A DNA stretch of 64,000 nucleotides, taken from Chloroflexota bacterium. Lineage in GTDB: Bacteria > Chloroflexota > UBA6077 > JACCZL01. Below are positions 45,546 through 56,142 of this stretch, piece after piece. Made by a program: the position numbers and the translations under genes. The stretch is from positions 67,079-131,078 of the forward strand of contig JAUJPG010000011.1 of the NCBI GenBank assembly GCA_030447245.1. Direction: 5' to 3'. The notes under the pieces were generated by a model, which had not been told where the DNA came from, did no database searches, and was given only the letters and a program-made list of their open reading frames with translations. The first letter of the stretch is position 1; each line of letters opens with the position of its first letter.

Positions 45546-45849
45546 GCTCGGACGAGCCACGGGCGCAGCCAGCACGAAGGGCATGCGGCGACGCCCGGGG
45601 AGGCCGTTCGCCCCCAGCACCCGCGCAGCAATCGGGGTGGCCGGCAATCGTTCTCAGCCATGGCCTCGCTGCGTCGAGCCGGGGCCGACGGGGGCCTCGA
45701 GCAATGCCGCACACAACAGCAGCGTCCTGCTGCGCCCGACCGAACGACACCAGCGTGGCGGCGGGACGCGTAGCTACTTGGCCCACTAGCACGTAATGGG
45801 GTCGGTGCCCGAAGGCACCGACCCCGCTGCTGCCCCCGCGCCGTTGCAG

Positions 45850-46727
45850 CTACGCCTGGGGAAGGTGCTGGCGGAACCAGGCGACGGTGCCCTGGTAGGC
45901 GTCGCGGGCGGCGCCCTCGTTGTAGTTCTGGCCGGTGTCGTTGTGGAAGGCGTGTCGGGCGCCAGGATAGACGGCGAGCTGGTAGGTCTTGCCCGGCCGA
46001 GTCGAGCGCCGCCTGGAGCGGCGGCCAGGTCGCGTTGACCCGCTCGTCTTGCTCCGCATAGATCGCCAGGACCGGGGCCGCGAATGTTCGGCACGCTCTC
46101 GAGTGGCGGGGCGGGCCCGTAATACGGGGCCGCGGCGACGACGTTGGGGTCCGTCACCGCCAGGCGCCAGGCCAACCCGCCGCCGAAGCAGTAGCCGACC
46201 ACGCCGACGCCGCCCGGGCGGACGTCGTCCCGGGCGACCAGCGCGGCCACGCCGGCGCTCAGGTCGCTAGTGTTGCGCTCCGGTGTCGCGGCGGTGAGCG
46301 TCGCCGAGATCTGGGCGGGGTCGTTGAATGCGCCGACCCCGCCGGCGCGCAAGAGCAGGTCTGGCGCCAGGGCGGTGAAGCCATCGCGGGCGAAGCGGCG
46401 CGTCACATCGAGGAAGTGCTCGGTCGGGCCGCGGGTCTCGTGGACGACGACGAGGCCCTGATGGGCGCCGGGCGCCGACGGGCGGGCGAGATAGCCGATG
46501 ATGGCTGCCCCGTCTTCAGCGCTGAACACGATCCAGCCAGCCCGGATCGCTGGGTCCTCCGGGGAGACGGTGATCGCGCTGCGCTGGGCGGCCGGGGCCG
46601 CTTCTGGCCCGGCCGCGAGCACCTCGTCGGCGGTCGCCTCGATGCCAAGCTCCTTGAGGAAGCCGACGGCCATCGCGGCGCCGCCGGTAATCAGGCCGAT
46701 GCGGCGCAGCATCCCGCGGCGGCTCAT
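45850..46727 (-). CDS. Dienelactone hydrolase family protein with Tat signal; two single-base insertions disrupt the C-terminal region
   Basis: MSRRGMLRRIGLITGGAAMAVG is the Tat signal; the DLH body runs to about 46080. The conserved C-terminus APVLAIYAEQDERVNATWPPLQAALDSAG / KTYQLAVYPGARHAFHNDTG is in other frames (extra G near 46075 and extra C near 45990). Confidence 0.7.
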
Positions 46728-47413
46728 CTGCCCGGCCTGGTACTGCTCGACGTATTCCTCGGCGACATAGCGTTGGAAGTCGTTGATGCTCACCTCCGTT
46801 GGGTGCCCCATGGCGTGGAGCACGCGCTCACAACCATGCTAGCCGACGCTCCAGGACGCACCAAACATTTGAAGCTTGGTGCCACGACCCGCGCTGCGTG
46901 GAGCATCCTGGTGGTGGAGACCGTGGGGGCTCGACGCCAGGACCGCATCTTGTACGTTGGGTTCCAGAACTGGGCCAGCCTGTCGGAAAAACCTCGCCGG
47001 CGCGCCGAGAAGCGTGCGCAGCAGTACGGGCTTGGCGCTGGTGGTTGCCATTTCCGATCGCCGTCCGGCGGAGGTCACGGGATCGCCGGAAACGTGATGA
47101 GCGCAGCGGGCGGCCGGGCAACCCCGGGCGCGCCGCTCGGGGACAGTCGATCCCCCGGCCCCGCCGGCTGCTATGCTCCCCCCGAGCCTCTCGGAGCGTT
47201 CCGCGGATGCTGTGCCCGCCTGCCGATCCGTCGTCGGGGGGCGCCGTTCGCTAACGGGCGAGGTGACCGGCGTAGAGGATGGCGGCCAAGGACCCTGAGT
47301 GACAACGCGCGCGCAAGCGCGAGAGAACCAGGGGACAGCGCCTGATTCCGGTGCGGATTCCAGTACGTCCGTCGCGCCCGCTGTCCGGGTCGGCTGCGCG
47401 AGTGCGTCCTCTA

Positions 47414-47499
47414 TGGCGGAGGGGGAGGGATTCGAACCCCCGGGGCTTGCGCCCAGCCGTTTTCAAGACGGCCACGTTAGACCACTCCGACACCCCTCC
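47414..47499 (-). tRNA. tRNA-Ser (anticodon TGA, reads UCA), class II with long variable arm
   Basis: GGAGGGGTGTCGGAGTGGTCTAACGTGGCCGTCTTGAAAACGGCTGGGCGCAAGCCCCGGGGGTTCGAATCCCTCCCCCTCCGCCA; anticodon loop CTTGAAA. Confidence 0.85.
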
Positions 47500-47609
47500 A
47501 AGGGCATCGTGCGGATTTTACGGGGCGGCCCGCCGGGTGGGCAACGCCGCGGGCAGGCTACGATATAGGGAGGGCACGCGCGTTGCAGACGCCGTGGGGA
47601 GTGGTCAGC

Positions 47610-47846
47610 ATGAGTCCGTCAATGGCGGCCTGCGCGAACTGTGGGCACGTGTTCTCAGAAAACGAGCTGCTCGGGCGTTGCCCGGAGTGTGGCGGCACCG
47701 AACGTACTCTCCACCGCGAGACGGTCATCGTCGAACGCCCCGACCCAGACACGACCGTGAAGGTCCATCGCGTCGAGGAGCGTCGCCCAGACGGCTCTAC
47801 GGAGATCGTCGACGAGGCGGTGGACGAGTTCAAGGGGTCAGCTTAG
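47610..47846 (+). CDS. Small zinc-ribbon protein (CxxC...CxxC), hypothetical
   Basis: [38 protein letters not shown]... Confidence 0.4.
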   Translation: MSPSMAACANCGHVFSENELLGRCPECGGTERTLHRETVIVERPDPDTTVKVHRVEERRPDGSTEIVDEAVDEFKGSA

Positions 47847-48589
47847 GGATCGCCGATCTCCGGGGCCGATCCGCTCGCCAGCGGCGTCAGGCCAGCCCTG
47901 CGCAGCTCCTCCACGGTCTCCGGCCGCAGGAGATCCGGCCGGCGTTCGGCGGTCCGCCGCAAGGCCTCGCGACGCCGCCACCTGGCGATCTCGGCGTGAT
48001 TGCCTGACAGCAGTACGTCTGGAACGGTGTGGCCGCGGAATTCGGGTGGTCGGGTGTACTGCGGGTATTCAAGCAGGCCGTCGCCGTGTGACTCCTCGCT
48101 CGTGGAGCTCTCGCCTCCGAGGACGCCCGGCAAGAGTCTTGCGACGGCGTCGATGACCACCATCGCCGGTAGCTCGCCGCCAGTCAGGACGTAGTCGCCG
48201 ATCGACAGCTCGTCGGTCGCCAGGTGTTCACGGACGCGTTCGTCGAAGCCTTCGTAGTGGCCGCAGATCAGGGTAAGCTGGCGGAGCGCCGAGAGCTCGG
48301 ACGCGACGGCCTGGGTGAAGACGCGGCCCTGCGGACTGAGCAGGATCACGGGACTGCCCGGTTGTGCCACTGATTCGGCCGCCGCGAAGATCGGGCCCGG
48401 CTTCAGCACCATGCCCGGCCCGCCCCCGTACGGGTAGTCGTCCACGCTGCGGTGCCGGTCGGTCGCAAACGCCCGAACGTCGGTCAGCTCAACCTGCAGC
48501 AACCCACGTTCGATCGCCCGCCCCAGCATGCTGTGCTCGAGCGGGCCGGCAAACATCGCCGGGAACAGGGTCAGGACGTCTATCCTCAT
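47843..48589 (-). CDS. trmD: tRNA (guanine37-N1)-methyltransferase
   Basis: [13 protein letters not shown]...[12 protein letters not shown]...[10 protein letters not shown]. Confidence 0.9.
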   Translation of the reverse strand: MRIDVLTLFPAMFAGPLEHSMLGRAIERGLLQVELTDVRAFATDRHRSVDDYPYGGGPGMVLKPGPIFAAAESVAQPGSPVILLSPQGRVFTQAVASELSALRQLTLICGHYEGFDERVREHLATDELSIGDYVLTGGELPAMVVIDAVARLLPGVLGGESSTSEESHGDGLLEYPQYTRPPEFRGHTVPDVLLSGNHAEIARWRRREALRRTAERRPDLLRPETVEELRRAGLTPLASGSAPEIGDP

Positions 48590-48627
48590 CGCTGGCCGCG
48601 CCTGGATCTCAGCGTCGGGCGGCTCGG

Positions 48628-49044
48628 TCACGGCAGCTCGTCGTCGGACAGACCGAAGTAATGTCCGATCTCGTGCAGGACCGTCGCGCGGATCTCCGCT
48701 CGGACCTCGGCCTCGGTGCGGCAGGAGGCCAGGATCGGACCGCGGTAGATCGTGATCCTGTCCGGGACAGCCAGGTGGTAGTTAACCCCGCGGTCGCCGT
48801 AAGGAGTCCCGTGGTACACGCCGAGCAGGTCGTCCTCGCCTGGCGACAGCCCTACTTCGCTGACCTCGCTCTGGGTCGGCCATTCGACGGCGACGACCGC
48901 CACGTTGGACAGCTTGTCCCGGAACGTCGCAGGCAGTGTCTCGAGCACTTCGGCCACTAGCCGCTCGAAGGTCCGGCGGTCGGGCCGGTAGCGGCGGCGG
49001 AGATCTCGGTACAGCCCGATCCGCCGGGCCCGCGTGCCGGTCAT
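48628..49044 (-). CDS. Zincin-like metallopeptidase (Zincin_1/DUF1025-type, HEIGHYFG motif)
   Basis: 138 aa ending ...[17 protein letters not shown]. Confidence 0.7.
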   Translation of the reverse strand: MTGTRARRIGLYRDLRRRYRPDRRTFERLVAEVLETLPATFRDKLSNVAVVAVEWPTQSEVSEVGLSPGEDDLLGVYHGTPYGDRGVNYHLAVPDRITIYRGPILASCRTEAEVRAEIRATVLHEIGHYFGLSDDELP

Positions 49045-49127
49045 CGAGGGGGCGGCAGGAGTGATAGGACCATGCTGGCGACCACGAGCAGGCCGATGAT
49101 CAGGTAGACGATCTGGAGGCGGTTCAT
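49041..49127 (-). CDS. 28-aa hydrophobic peptide between the CBS-DUF21 gene and the zincin gene
   Basis: [28 protein letters not shown]; ATGA overlaps at both ends (49124..49127 and 49041..49044). Shorter than 60 aa, so absent from the ORF track. Confidence 0.3.
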   Translation of the reverse strand: MNRLQIVYLIIGLLVVASMVLSLLPPPR

Positions 49128-50404
49128 GCCCGCTCCTTCGCGCGAGTCACCCGGAGCTTCTTGATCCTGCGGCCGTCGGTGCTGAGGACCACCACCACGC
49201 ACCCGTCGACGCGGATCTCGTCGCCGGGATTCGGCAGCTTACCAAGCTCGTGATAGACCAGTCCGCCGAGGGTGTCGAAGTCCTCGACGTTCAAGTGCAG
49301 ACCGAGCGTCTCGTTGACCTCGCGGACAGGAGCGCGGGCGCTAACCACCGTTTCCCATTCGTCGATCCGCTCAAAGAGCTCTTGTTCATGATCATCATAC
49401 TCGTCCTGGATTTCGCCGACGATCTCCTCCAGCAGATCCTCGATCGTCAGCAGCCCAGCCGTCCCGCCGTACTCGTCGACGGCGATTGCCATGTGAACCC
49501 GCTTGCGCTGGAGCTCGCGCAACAGCTCGTCGACCTTCTTGGTCTCCGGCACGAAATACGGTGGGCGGGCCAGCGGCGCGACCGGATCGTCGAGCGTGCC
49601 TTCACGCAGGTGGCGCAGGATGTCCTTGGCGTAGGCAATGCCGACGACGTTGTCGATGCTCTCCTCGTAGATGGGGATACGCGAATGGCCGCTGGCGATG
49701 ACTCGATCGAGCACCTGGCGGACGGTCGCCTGGCGTGGCTCGGCGTCGACGTCGATCCGCGGCACCATGACCTCGCGCGCTGGCCGTTCGCTGAGTCCGA
49801 AGATACCGTGAATCATCTCGCGCTCGTCCGCTTCCAGCGCGGGGCTGTCCTCGCCTGTCTCAACCAGCATCCGCAGCTCTTCGTCGGCGACGGCGCCTGG
49901 CGCCATGACGCGATCTACGCCAAGCATTCGTAAGCCCGCACGCTCGAGTGCGCGCAGCGGCGCCAGAACGGGCGCCAGGATCGCCGCGCATGCGCTGAGC
50001 GGCGTGAACAGTAGCAGCGCGCTCCCCTCCGGCCTGGCCATCGCCACGGTCCTGGCGCCGATTTGGGCCATCAGGAGCACGAGGACACTACCCAGCACCA
50101 GCAGGGGCGGGGCCAGCGGCGCATCCTCCGCCACCCAGGGTTCGAGCGCCAGGAGGATGGTGCTTCCAATCGCGCCGGCCACGGCGAGCGTGTCGAGGAC
50201 CAGGATCGTCGCGAAGACCGAGGTTGGCTCCTCGGACACCTTGAGGATGGCCTCAGCGCGCGGGACGCCGTCATCGATGAGGTGCCGCAGGCGCGTCCGG
50301 TTCAGGTACGAGAGTGATGCCTGGGCGGCCTCGGCGACGGCCGCGATCAGCAAGGACAGCCCGAATACGATCAGTTTGGCCCACGTGGCGGGCTCGAGTT
50401 CCAT
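49124..50404 (-). CDS. DUF21-CBS-CorC_HlyC family protein (hemolysin-like / CorC)
   Basis: N-terminal 4-TM DUF21, a tandem CBS pair, and a C-terminal CorC_HlyC domain. Confidence 0.85.
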   Translation of the reverse strand: MELEPATWAKLIVFGLSLLIAAVAEAAQASLSYLNRTRLRHLIDDGVPRAEAILKVSEEPTSVFATILVLDTLAVAGAIGSTILLALEPWVAEDAPLAPPLLVLGSVLVLLMAQIGARTVAMARPEGSALLLFTPLSACAAILAPVLAPLRALERAGLRMLGVDRVMAPGAVADEELRMLVETGEDSPALEADEREMIHGIFGLSERPAREVMVPRIDVDAEPRQATVRQVLDRVIASGHSRIPIYEESIDNVVGIAYAKDILRHLREGTLDDPVAPLARPPYFVPETKKVDELLRELQRKRVHMAIAVDEYGGTAGLLTIEDLLEEIVGEIQDEYDDHEQELFERIDEWETVVSARAPVREVNETLGLHLNVEDFDTLGGLVYHELGKLPNPGDEIRVDGCVVVVLSTDGRRIKKLRVTRAKERA

Positions 50405-50420
50405 GGCGATGTAGTCGCTC

Positions 50421-51857
50421 CTAGGTGGAAGGCTCCTTGGCCTCGATCAGCGTGGTTCGCTTGTCGCGCCCGGCCTCACCGGGTGCGCGCCCCGGGACTG
50501 GCCGAGCGGGTGCGCCGACGACGAGCTCACCGGGCTTGACGTCGCGGGTGACGACCGCGCCGGCTCCGGTGCGCGCACCATCGCCGACCTCGACCGGCGC
50601 GACGAGCATCGTGTCGCTGCCGACGAACGCGCCAGCCCCAACGATGCTCCGATGCTTGGCGGCGCCATCAAAGTTGCAGGTCACGGTGCCGGCCCCGATG
50701 TTCGCGTCGGGCCCGATCGTGGCGTCCCCGATGTAGCCGAAGTGGTGCATCCGAGCACCAGCGCCGATCGTGCTTTCCTTCACCTCGGCGTAATTGCCCA
50801 GTTCGACGCCATCCTCTATTCGAGCGCCGGGCCGCAGGTGCGTGAATGGACCGATATGGACCCGGTCGCCGACGCTCGCCTCCTCGACGACCGAAGCCAG
50901 GACCCGGCAGTCCTTGCCGATTTGCGAGTCGCGAACGATGCTATTCGGCCCAATCTCGGTGGCACTGAGAACGCGGGTTGTCCCCTGCAGGTGGGTGTTC
51001 GGGTGCACCACCACGTCCGCCTCGAGCACGACGTCGGTATCCACGAACACGCTCGATGGATCGGTCATCCTGACGCCCGCGTCGAGCCAGTCGCGCCGGA
51101 TGCGATCCAGCACGATCCGGTTGGCCTCCGCGAGCTGCGCCTGGGTATTGATGCCCAGGATCTCGACGGTCTCGGCTGGTCGGACACTTTCCACACTGTG
51201 TCCCTGCGCCAGCGCCACGTTGACCAGGTCAGTCAGGAAGAACTCGCCACTGGGCTGGCGCGCCAGGCGGCCGACTTCCGCCCAGAGCCAGTCGGCCGCG
51301 AACACCATCACGCCGCTATTGATCTCGCGGAGCGCCTCGTACTCGGGCGCGCCACCCGGCAGCTCGATAAGTCGGCTGATCTGACCAGCCGGATCGCGCT
51401 CGATCCTCGCGTAGCCGCTAGGGTCCTCGACTACGCCGGTCAGGATCACGACTGGCGCCCTCCGCGCGGCGTCAATCATCTGTCGGAGCGTGGCCGGCCG
51501 CAGAAGCACGGTGTCGCCGTACAGGACGACCACGACGTCCGAACGGCCACGCAGCAGCTCCCGAGCTTGGAGGACGGCATGTCCAGTGCCGAGCTGCTCG
51601 GTCTGGTAGACGATGCTGACGCTCGGGCCGGCGACTGCGCTGACGGCTTCGGCAGCGTGTCCGACGACCAACGCCGTTGCCACGGGTTGGAGCGCGCGTC
51701 CGATCTCGACAACCTCGCGGACCATTGGACGGCCCGCGACAGGGTGGAGGACCTTTGGGAGTCGGGAGCGCATTCGGGTGCCCTGGCCCGCCGCCAGGAT
51801 TACCACACCGACGCGACTGCTGGTATCAGGAGGATCCGAGGTGGCGGTGTGGTTCAT
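50421..51857 (-). CDS. glmU: Bifunctional UDP-GlcNAc pyrophosphorylase / GlcN-1-P acetyltransferase
   Basis: VVILAAGQGTRM...left-handed beta-helix hexapeptide repeats at the C-terminus. Confidence 0.9.
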   Translation of the reverse strand: MNHTATSDPPDTSSRVGVVILAAGQGTRMRSRLPKVLHPVAGRPMVREVVEIGRALQPVATALVVGHAAEAVSAVAGPSVSIVYQTEQLGTGHAVLQARELLRGRSDVVVVLYGDTVLLRPATLRQMIDAARRAPVVILTGVVEDPSGYARIERDPAGQISRLIELPGGAPEYEALREINSGVMVFAADWLWAEVGRLARQPSGEFFLTDLVNVALAQGHSVESVRPAETVEILGINTQAQLAEANRIVLDRIRRDWLDAGVRMTDPSSVFVDTDVVLEADVVVHPNTHLQGTTRVLSATEIGPNSIVRDSQIGKDCRVLASVVEEASVGDRVHIGPFTHLRPGARIEDGVELGNYAEVKESTIGAGARMHHFGYIGDATIGPDANIGAGTVTCNFDGAAKHRSIVGAGAFVGSDTMLVAPVEVGDGARTGAGAVVTRDVKPGELVVGAPARPVPGRAPGEAGRDKRTTLIEAKEPST

Positions 51858-51917
51858 GCGCTAGGGGCGCGTCCGATGGGGCTGCATCTCTGGCGTTCGC
51901 GGTCGGCGCGAGCGCGG

Positions 51918-51988
51918 CTGGCGAGCCAGGATTCGAACCTGGGATAAGGGTTCCAAAGACCCCTGTGATACCACTTCACCACTCGCCA
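51918..51988 (-). tRNA. tRNA-Gln (anticodon TTG)
   Basis: TGGCGAGTGGTGAAGTGGTATCACAGGGGTCTTTGGAACCCTTATCCCAGGTTCGAATCCTGGCTCGCCAG; U1-A72 pair typical of tRNA-Gln; CCA not encoded. Confidence 0.8.
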
Positions 51989-52150
51989 CCAGGAATGCAC
52001 ACCGTGAAAAACTGTACTCACCGGCCGCCCGGTCCGTCAACCTCGCGGAGCGCAGACGCCGCGCTGGATGGCATCCTCGACGACGACCCCACGGATGACG
52101 TCGCGCGTGACCGAGTGGCGCATTCCAAGGCATAGCCGAGGACCGCGACT

Positions 52151-54235
52151 TCACTCCAAGTCGGGTGGGTCGATCCAGCGGTCGTGCGCCTTGAGCAGCT
52201 CGATCAAACGCGTATCAGCTTCGGCCTGGGGCACGTTCTTCTCGACGCACTCCTTGCCGACGTACAGGTTGACCTTCCCGGGGGCACCGCCAACGTAGCC
52301 GAAGTCGGCGTCCGCCATCTCGCCGGGACCGTTGACGATGCAGCCCATGATCGCGATCTTCACGCCTTTCAAGTGGCCCATCTGCTGCTTGATCAGGTCC
52401 GTCGTCGGCTGGAGGTCAAAGAGCGTGCGCCCGCACGATGGGCAGGCCACGAACTCGGTCTTGGAGATCCGCGCGCCGCTCGCCTGGAGCACGTTGAACG
52501 CCAGGCGCACGGCGCTCCGGTCCTCGCCGCCACGGATCTCGACGCTATCGCCGATGCCGTCGCAGAGGAGCGAGCCAAGCGCTACCGACGACCGCAGCAG
52601 CCGCTCGTACGGGTTGGCCTGGGCGGGGGCAATCAGGTGCAGAGGGCACGGGAGACCGACCGCCGCCAGGCGCGCCGCCAGCAAGCGGTACGCGCGGACG
52701 GTCGCCGAAGCATCCGACGTCTGAATCGCCAGGATCGGCGGAGCCAGGTCGGCCGTGACCACCTTCTGCGCCCAGTCAATCAGGCGTACTACGGATGGGC
52801 CGATCATGTCGCCGTCCGCGAAGGTCTCCAGGAGCAGACCGTGCCGGTGGGCGCGCACGTCCTCGAGCAGTTCGGGGGAGGGTGGTTGGTCCATTGCGGT
52901 CCAGTGCAGGAGATGGGCGTCGCACGGGCCGCCCGATGCGGCGGGCGCATGTGGCCCGATGAGCGCACCCACGGCTACGTCCGGTGCCCGCGCAGCAAGA
53001 CTCTGAACCAGCAACGCGATCTGTTCGCGGTACTCGGAATGATTGATGTCGACGTCGTGCGGCTGGGTCACGTCGTACGGCTGGTTCACCCCGAGCGTGA
53101 TGATGTCCGGAGGAGGATTCCCGAGAGGCTCGGACGTGGCCAGGGCGAGACCGGCCGCGACGGGATCGCCGGCGCCTTCGAGTCGCGCCACCCGGACCGT
53201 GGCGGCGGATCCCAGTGAGATCGGGCCGATTTGCTGCTCGAGGCTGGAGCGACGTGCGTAGCTGTACGGGTCGCGCGTCTCCACGATTCCCTGACCATCG
53301 ACGTACTGACGGGGTTCACGGGCGTTGTACGGGGCGGCGAGCCGGAGGGCGACCGGGAGCTCGGCCTCTGGCTCTTCGGTCAGGGAGACGCGGATCGTGT
53401 CGCCCAGGCCATCGTCGAGTAGTGAGCCGATTCCGACTGCGCTCTTGATCCTCCCGTCCTCGTCGTTACCAGCCTCGGTCACCCCCAGGTGGAGCGGGTA
53501 GTCCATCCCGAGCTCGGTCATCCGCGCGACGAGTAGGCGGTAGGCGTGGATCATCACCTTCGGATTTGACGCTTTCATCGACAGAATGATGTCGCGGTAG
53601 GCATGTCGCTCGGCGATCTGGAGGAACTCCAGCGCGGATTCCACCATCCCGAGGGGCGTGTCGCCGAACCGGTTCATGATCCGATCGGACAAGGAGCCGT
53701 GATTGGTCCCGATGCGCATCGCCACGCCAAGCGCGCTGCACTTGCGAACCAGCGGGACAAAGCGCTCCTCGATCCGCTGGAGCTCGCTCTCATATTCGGC
53801 GTCGGTGTACTCGCGCACGGCGAACGTGCGCGAGTCGGCGTAGTTTCCAGGGTTGATCCGCACCTTCTCGACGTGGTCGGCGGCGATGAGCGCCGCGGCC
53901 GGGTTGAAGTGGATATCCGCGACAAGGGGAGCGCCGATCCCGCGCGCGCGAAGCTGCCGCCGCACCTCCCCAATCGCCGCGGCGTCCTGGGCGTTGGGGG
54001 CGGTGATCCGAACGATCTCGCAGCCCGCGCGGACCAGCCGCTCGGCCTGCGCGACGGTGGCCTCGACATCCCTGGTGCGGGTCGTGGTCATCGACTGGAT
54101 CCGGATCGGGTTCGACCCGCCGACGCCAACATCCCCCACCATCACGACGCGCGTCGGGCGGCGCCGGTAGGTGAAAGCGTCCGGCGTGTATGCCAGGTAC
54201 GTGAGGCTCAGCGGTGGGGCCGCTAACGTCGTCAT
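52151..54235 (-). CDS. ispG: 4-hydroxy-3-methylbut-2-en-1-yl diphosphate synthase, long form with insert domain
   Basis: 694 aa; GcpE TIM-barrel motifs at both ends, a large central insertion and the C-terminal 4Fe-4S Cys motif (CPSCGR...). Confidence 0.85.
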   Translation of the reverse strand: MTTLAAPPLSLTYLAYTPDAFTYRRRPTRVVMVGDVGVGGSNPIRIQSMTTTRTRDVEATVAQAERLVRAGCEIVRITAPNAQDAAAIGEVRRQLRARGIGAPLVADIHFNPAAALIAADHVEKVRINPGNYADSRTFAVREYTDAEYESELQRIEERFVPLVRKCSALGVAMRIGTNHGSLSDRIMNRFGDTPLGMVESALEFLQIAERHAYRDIILSMKASNPKVMIHAYRLLVARMTELGMDYPLHLGVTEAGNDEDGRIKSAVGIGSLLDDGLGDTIRVSLTEEPEAELPVALRLAAPYNAREPRQYVDGQGIVETRDPYSYARRSSLEQQIGPISLGSAATVRVARLEGAGDPVAAGLALATSEPLGNPPPDIITLGVNQPYDVTQPHDVDINHSEYREQIALLVQSLAARAPDVAVGALIGPHAPAASGGPCDAHLLHWTAMDQPPSPELLEDVRAHRHGLLLETFADGDMIGPSVVRLIDWAQKVVTADLAPPILAIQTSDASATVRAYRLLAARLAAVGLPCPLHLIAPAQANPYERLLRSSVALGSLLCDGIGDSVEIRGGEDRSAVRLAFNVLQASGARISKTEFVACPSCGRTLFDLQPTTDLIKQQMGHLKGVKIAIMGCIVNGPGEMADADFGYVGGAPGKVNLYVGKECVEKNVPQAEADTRLIELLKAHDRWIDPPDLE

Positions 54236-54424
54236 GATCGCTCGTCCATAGCGACTGGCTCGTCCAGTCCGAGGGCCGGCAGGTTGCGTCCACCTGAAGG
54301 CTATCGGTCATCGAAGCGGCGCGTCAAGCGATTGGACAAGTCGACTTCCCTTGCCCGGCTGAGGCACGCTGGTTAGACTAGGGAGGGCAACGAAGACGCA
54401 ATCATGTGCACCAAGGAGGGTCCA

Positions 54425-54625
54425 ATGGCTTTCGCGCACGAGAACAGCAAGGGTCAGACCTATTACCTGCATGCCAAAAACGTGACGCTTCGCAACGGCC
54501 GCGAGCAGAAGATCTTCTACTTCGCGCGCGCCGAGAAGAAGGGTGAGTCGCTGGACGCCGTTCCGAACGGCTACAAGGTCGGGGAGAACCAGCGGACGGG
54601 GTTGCCCTTTCTGAGCAAGGCGTAA
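54425..54625 (+). CDS. Hypothetical small protein (66 aa)
   Basis: RBS AAGGAGGG. MAFAHENSKGQTYYLHAKNVTLRNGREQKIFYFA... Confidence 0.45.
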   Translation: MAFAHENSKGQTYYLHAKNVTLRNGREQKIFYFARAEKKGESLDAVPNGYKVGENQRTGLPFLSKA

Positions 54626-54702
54626 CGGAGCGAATCGTGCTCTCGAACCCGGCTGCCTCGCGCCTGGGAGATCCATAGAGCATGCCGCCGTTTCGCGGAG
54701 GC

Positions 54703-55991
54703 CTAGCCTAGCCGTCCAGAAGTCGGCGCCGCCGTGGCTAATGGAGAGACGACGATGGGCGAACGAACAACGTCCCCTCGTCCGGGCTCGCGAACACCGT
54801 AGACGACGACCGCGGCCAGCAAACCGCCGACGGCGCTGGCGACGAGCGTGATGTCGTAGACGCCGGCCGACTCATACACGAGGCCGCCGAGGAAGGCGCC
54901 GATTGCCGAACCAATCGGCATGATCATGTACATCGTGCCGAAGATCGACCCGAGGTGGCGGAGCCCACAGCGGTCGGCGGTGATCGCCGAGGTCAGCGGG
55001 CTAGTGGCGGTCCACGAGATTCCGAGCAGAAAGCTACCCAGATAGAGGGTAGGGAGGTCGCGCGCTTCGAGCAGGACCACAAAGGCCAGGCCGCGCAGCA
55101 GGTAGACGACGGCGAGCACGTTCTTGCGGCGGTAGCGGTCGGCCAGGAATCCGGCGGTCAGGCCGCCGACGATGCTGCAGCCGCCGACGAGTCCGAGCGC
55201 GTTGGCCGCGACCATCGGCTCGAACCCCATGTCCATGGCGAACGGCACGAAGTGCGTGCTGGCGAAGCTCATGGTGAAGCCGCAGACAAAAAAGCCAAAG
55301 CCCAGCCGCCAGAAGTCGGCCGACCGCGCAGCCTCACGGAGCGTCAGCGCCGGAGCGGGTTCGCTGTGCGCGCTCACCGAGCCTTGAGCGCGGGCACCGT
55401 ACGGCCGTAGTCCACGGTCTTCGGGGCGGTTGTGCAGCAGAACCCAGCCGACCGGTAGGACGATCAGCACCATGAAGCCGGCGATCAGCCGGAAGGCGGT
55501 GTCCCAGCCCAGGAACAGCACCGCCAGCATCGCCAGTGGGACCGTCACGAGCTCGCCCAGAGCCGTGCCGGTCGAACCGATTGACATGGCCAGCGAACGC
55601 CGACGGACAAACCAGTGACTGACCAGGGTCGTGACCGTGACCGGTGAGGCGCAGGCGTACCCGAGTGCTAACAGGAACCCGTACGCCAGGTAGAATTGCC
55701 AGAGCTCGCGCACGAAGCTGGTCAGCACTAGCGCCAGGGCTGCGGTGGCGACGCCGAACATGGCCACAAGCTTGGAGCCGAATCGGTCCGCCATGACGCC
55801 CGCCAGCGGACGGAGCAGACCCGCCAGCAAGAGATTGAGAGACGCGGCCAGGCCCAGTTGGGCACGGTCCCAGCCCAGCTCCTCGGTCATCGGCAGGATG
55901 AACACGCCGAACGAGAAACGCGCTCCAGCCGAGGCGAACGTCATCAGGACGATGGCGAACAGCATGATCCAGCCGTAGTAGATGCGCGGCA
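54703..55991 (-). CDS. MFS transporter (OFA/oxalate-formate antiporter-like)
   Basis: MPRIYYGWIMLFAIVLMTFASAG...; 12 TM helices. Confidence 0.75.
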
Positions 55992-56142
55992 TGCTGCCCC
56001 CGACCCGAAGTCGGTCTAAGCGTACCGCGTCAGACTGCTGGTGGTCGAGTGCGCACCCTCGAGGGCGAGCGCGTTGCCGCTGGCGCTTGCCGCCACCGCC
56101 GCGCCCCGGGATAATCGACGCGCCCGGCCACGGACGACGGGC

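Noticed and set aside
47414-47499. Considered whether the long-variable-arm tRNA with a UGA-type anticodon is tRNA-Sec (selC)
   Set aside because: The anticodon is 5'-UGA-3' (reads UCA, Ser), not 5'-UCA-3'. The acceptor and D-arm geometry fit class II tRNA-Ser rather than the 8/5 or 9/4 tRNA-Sec fold.
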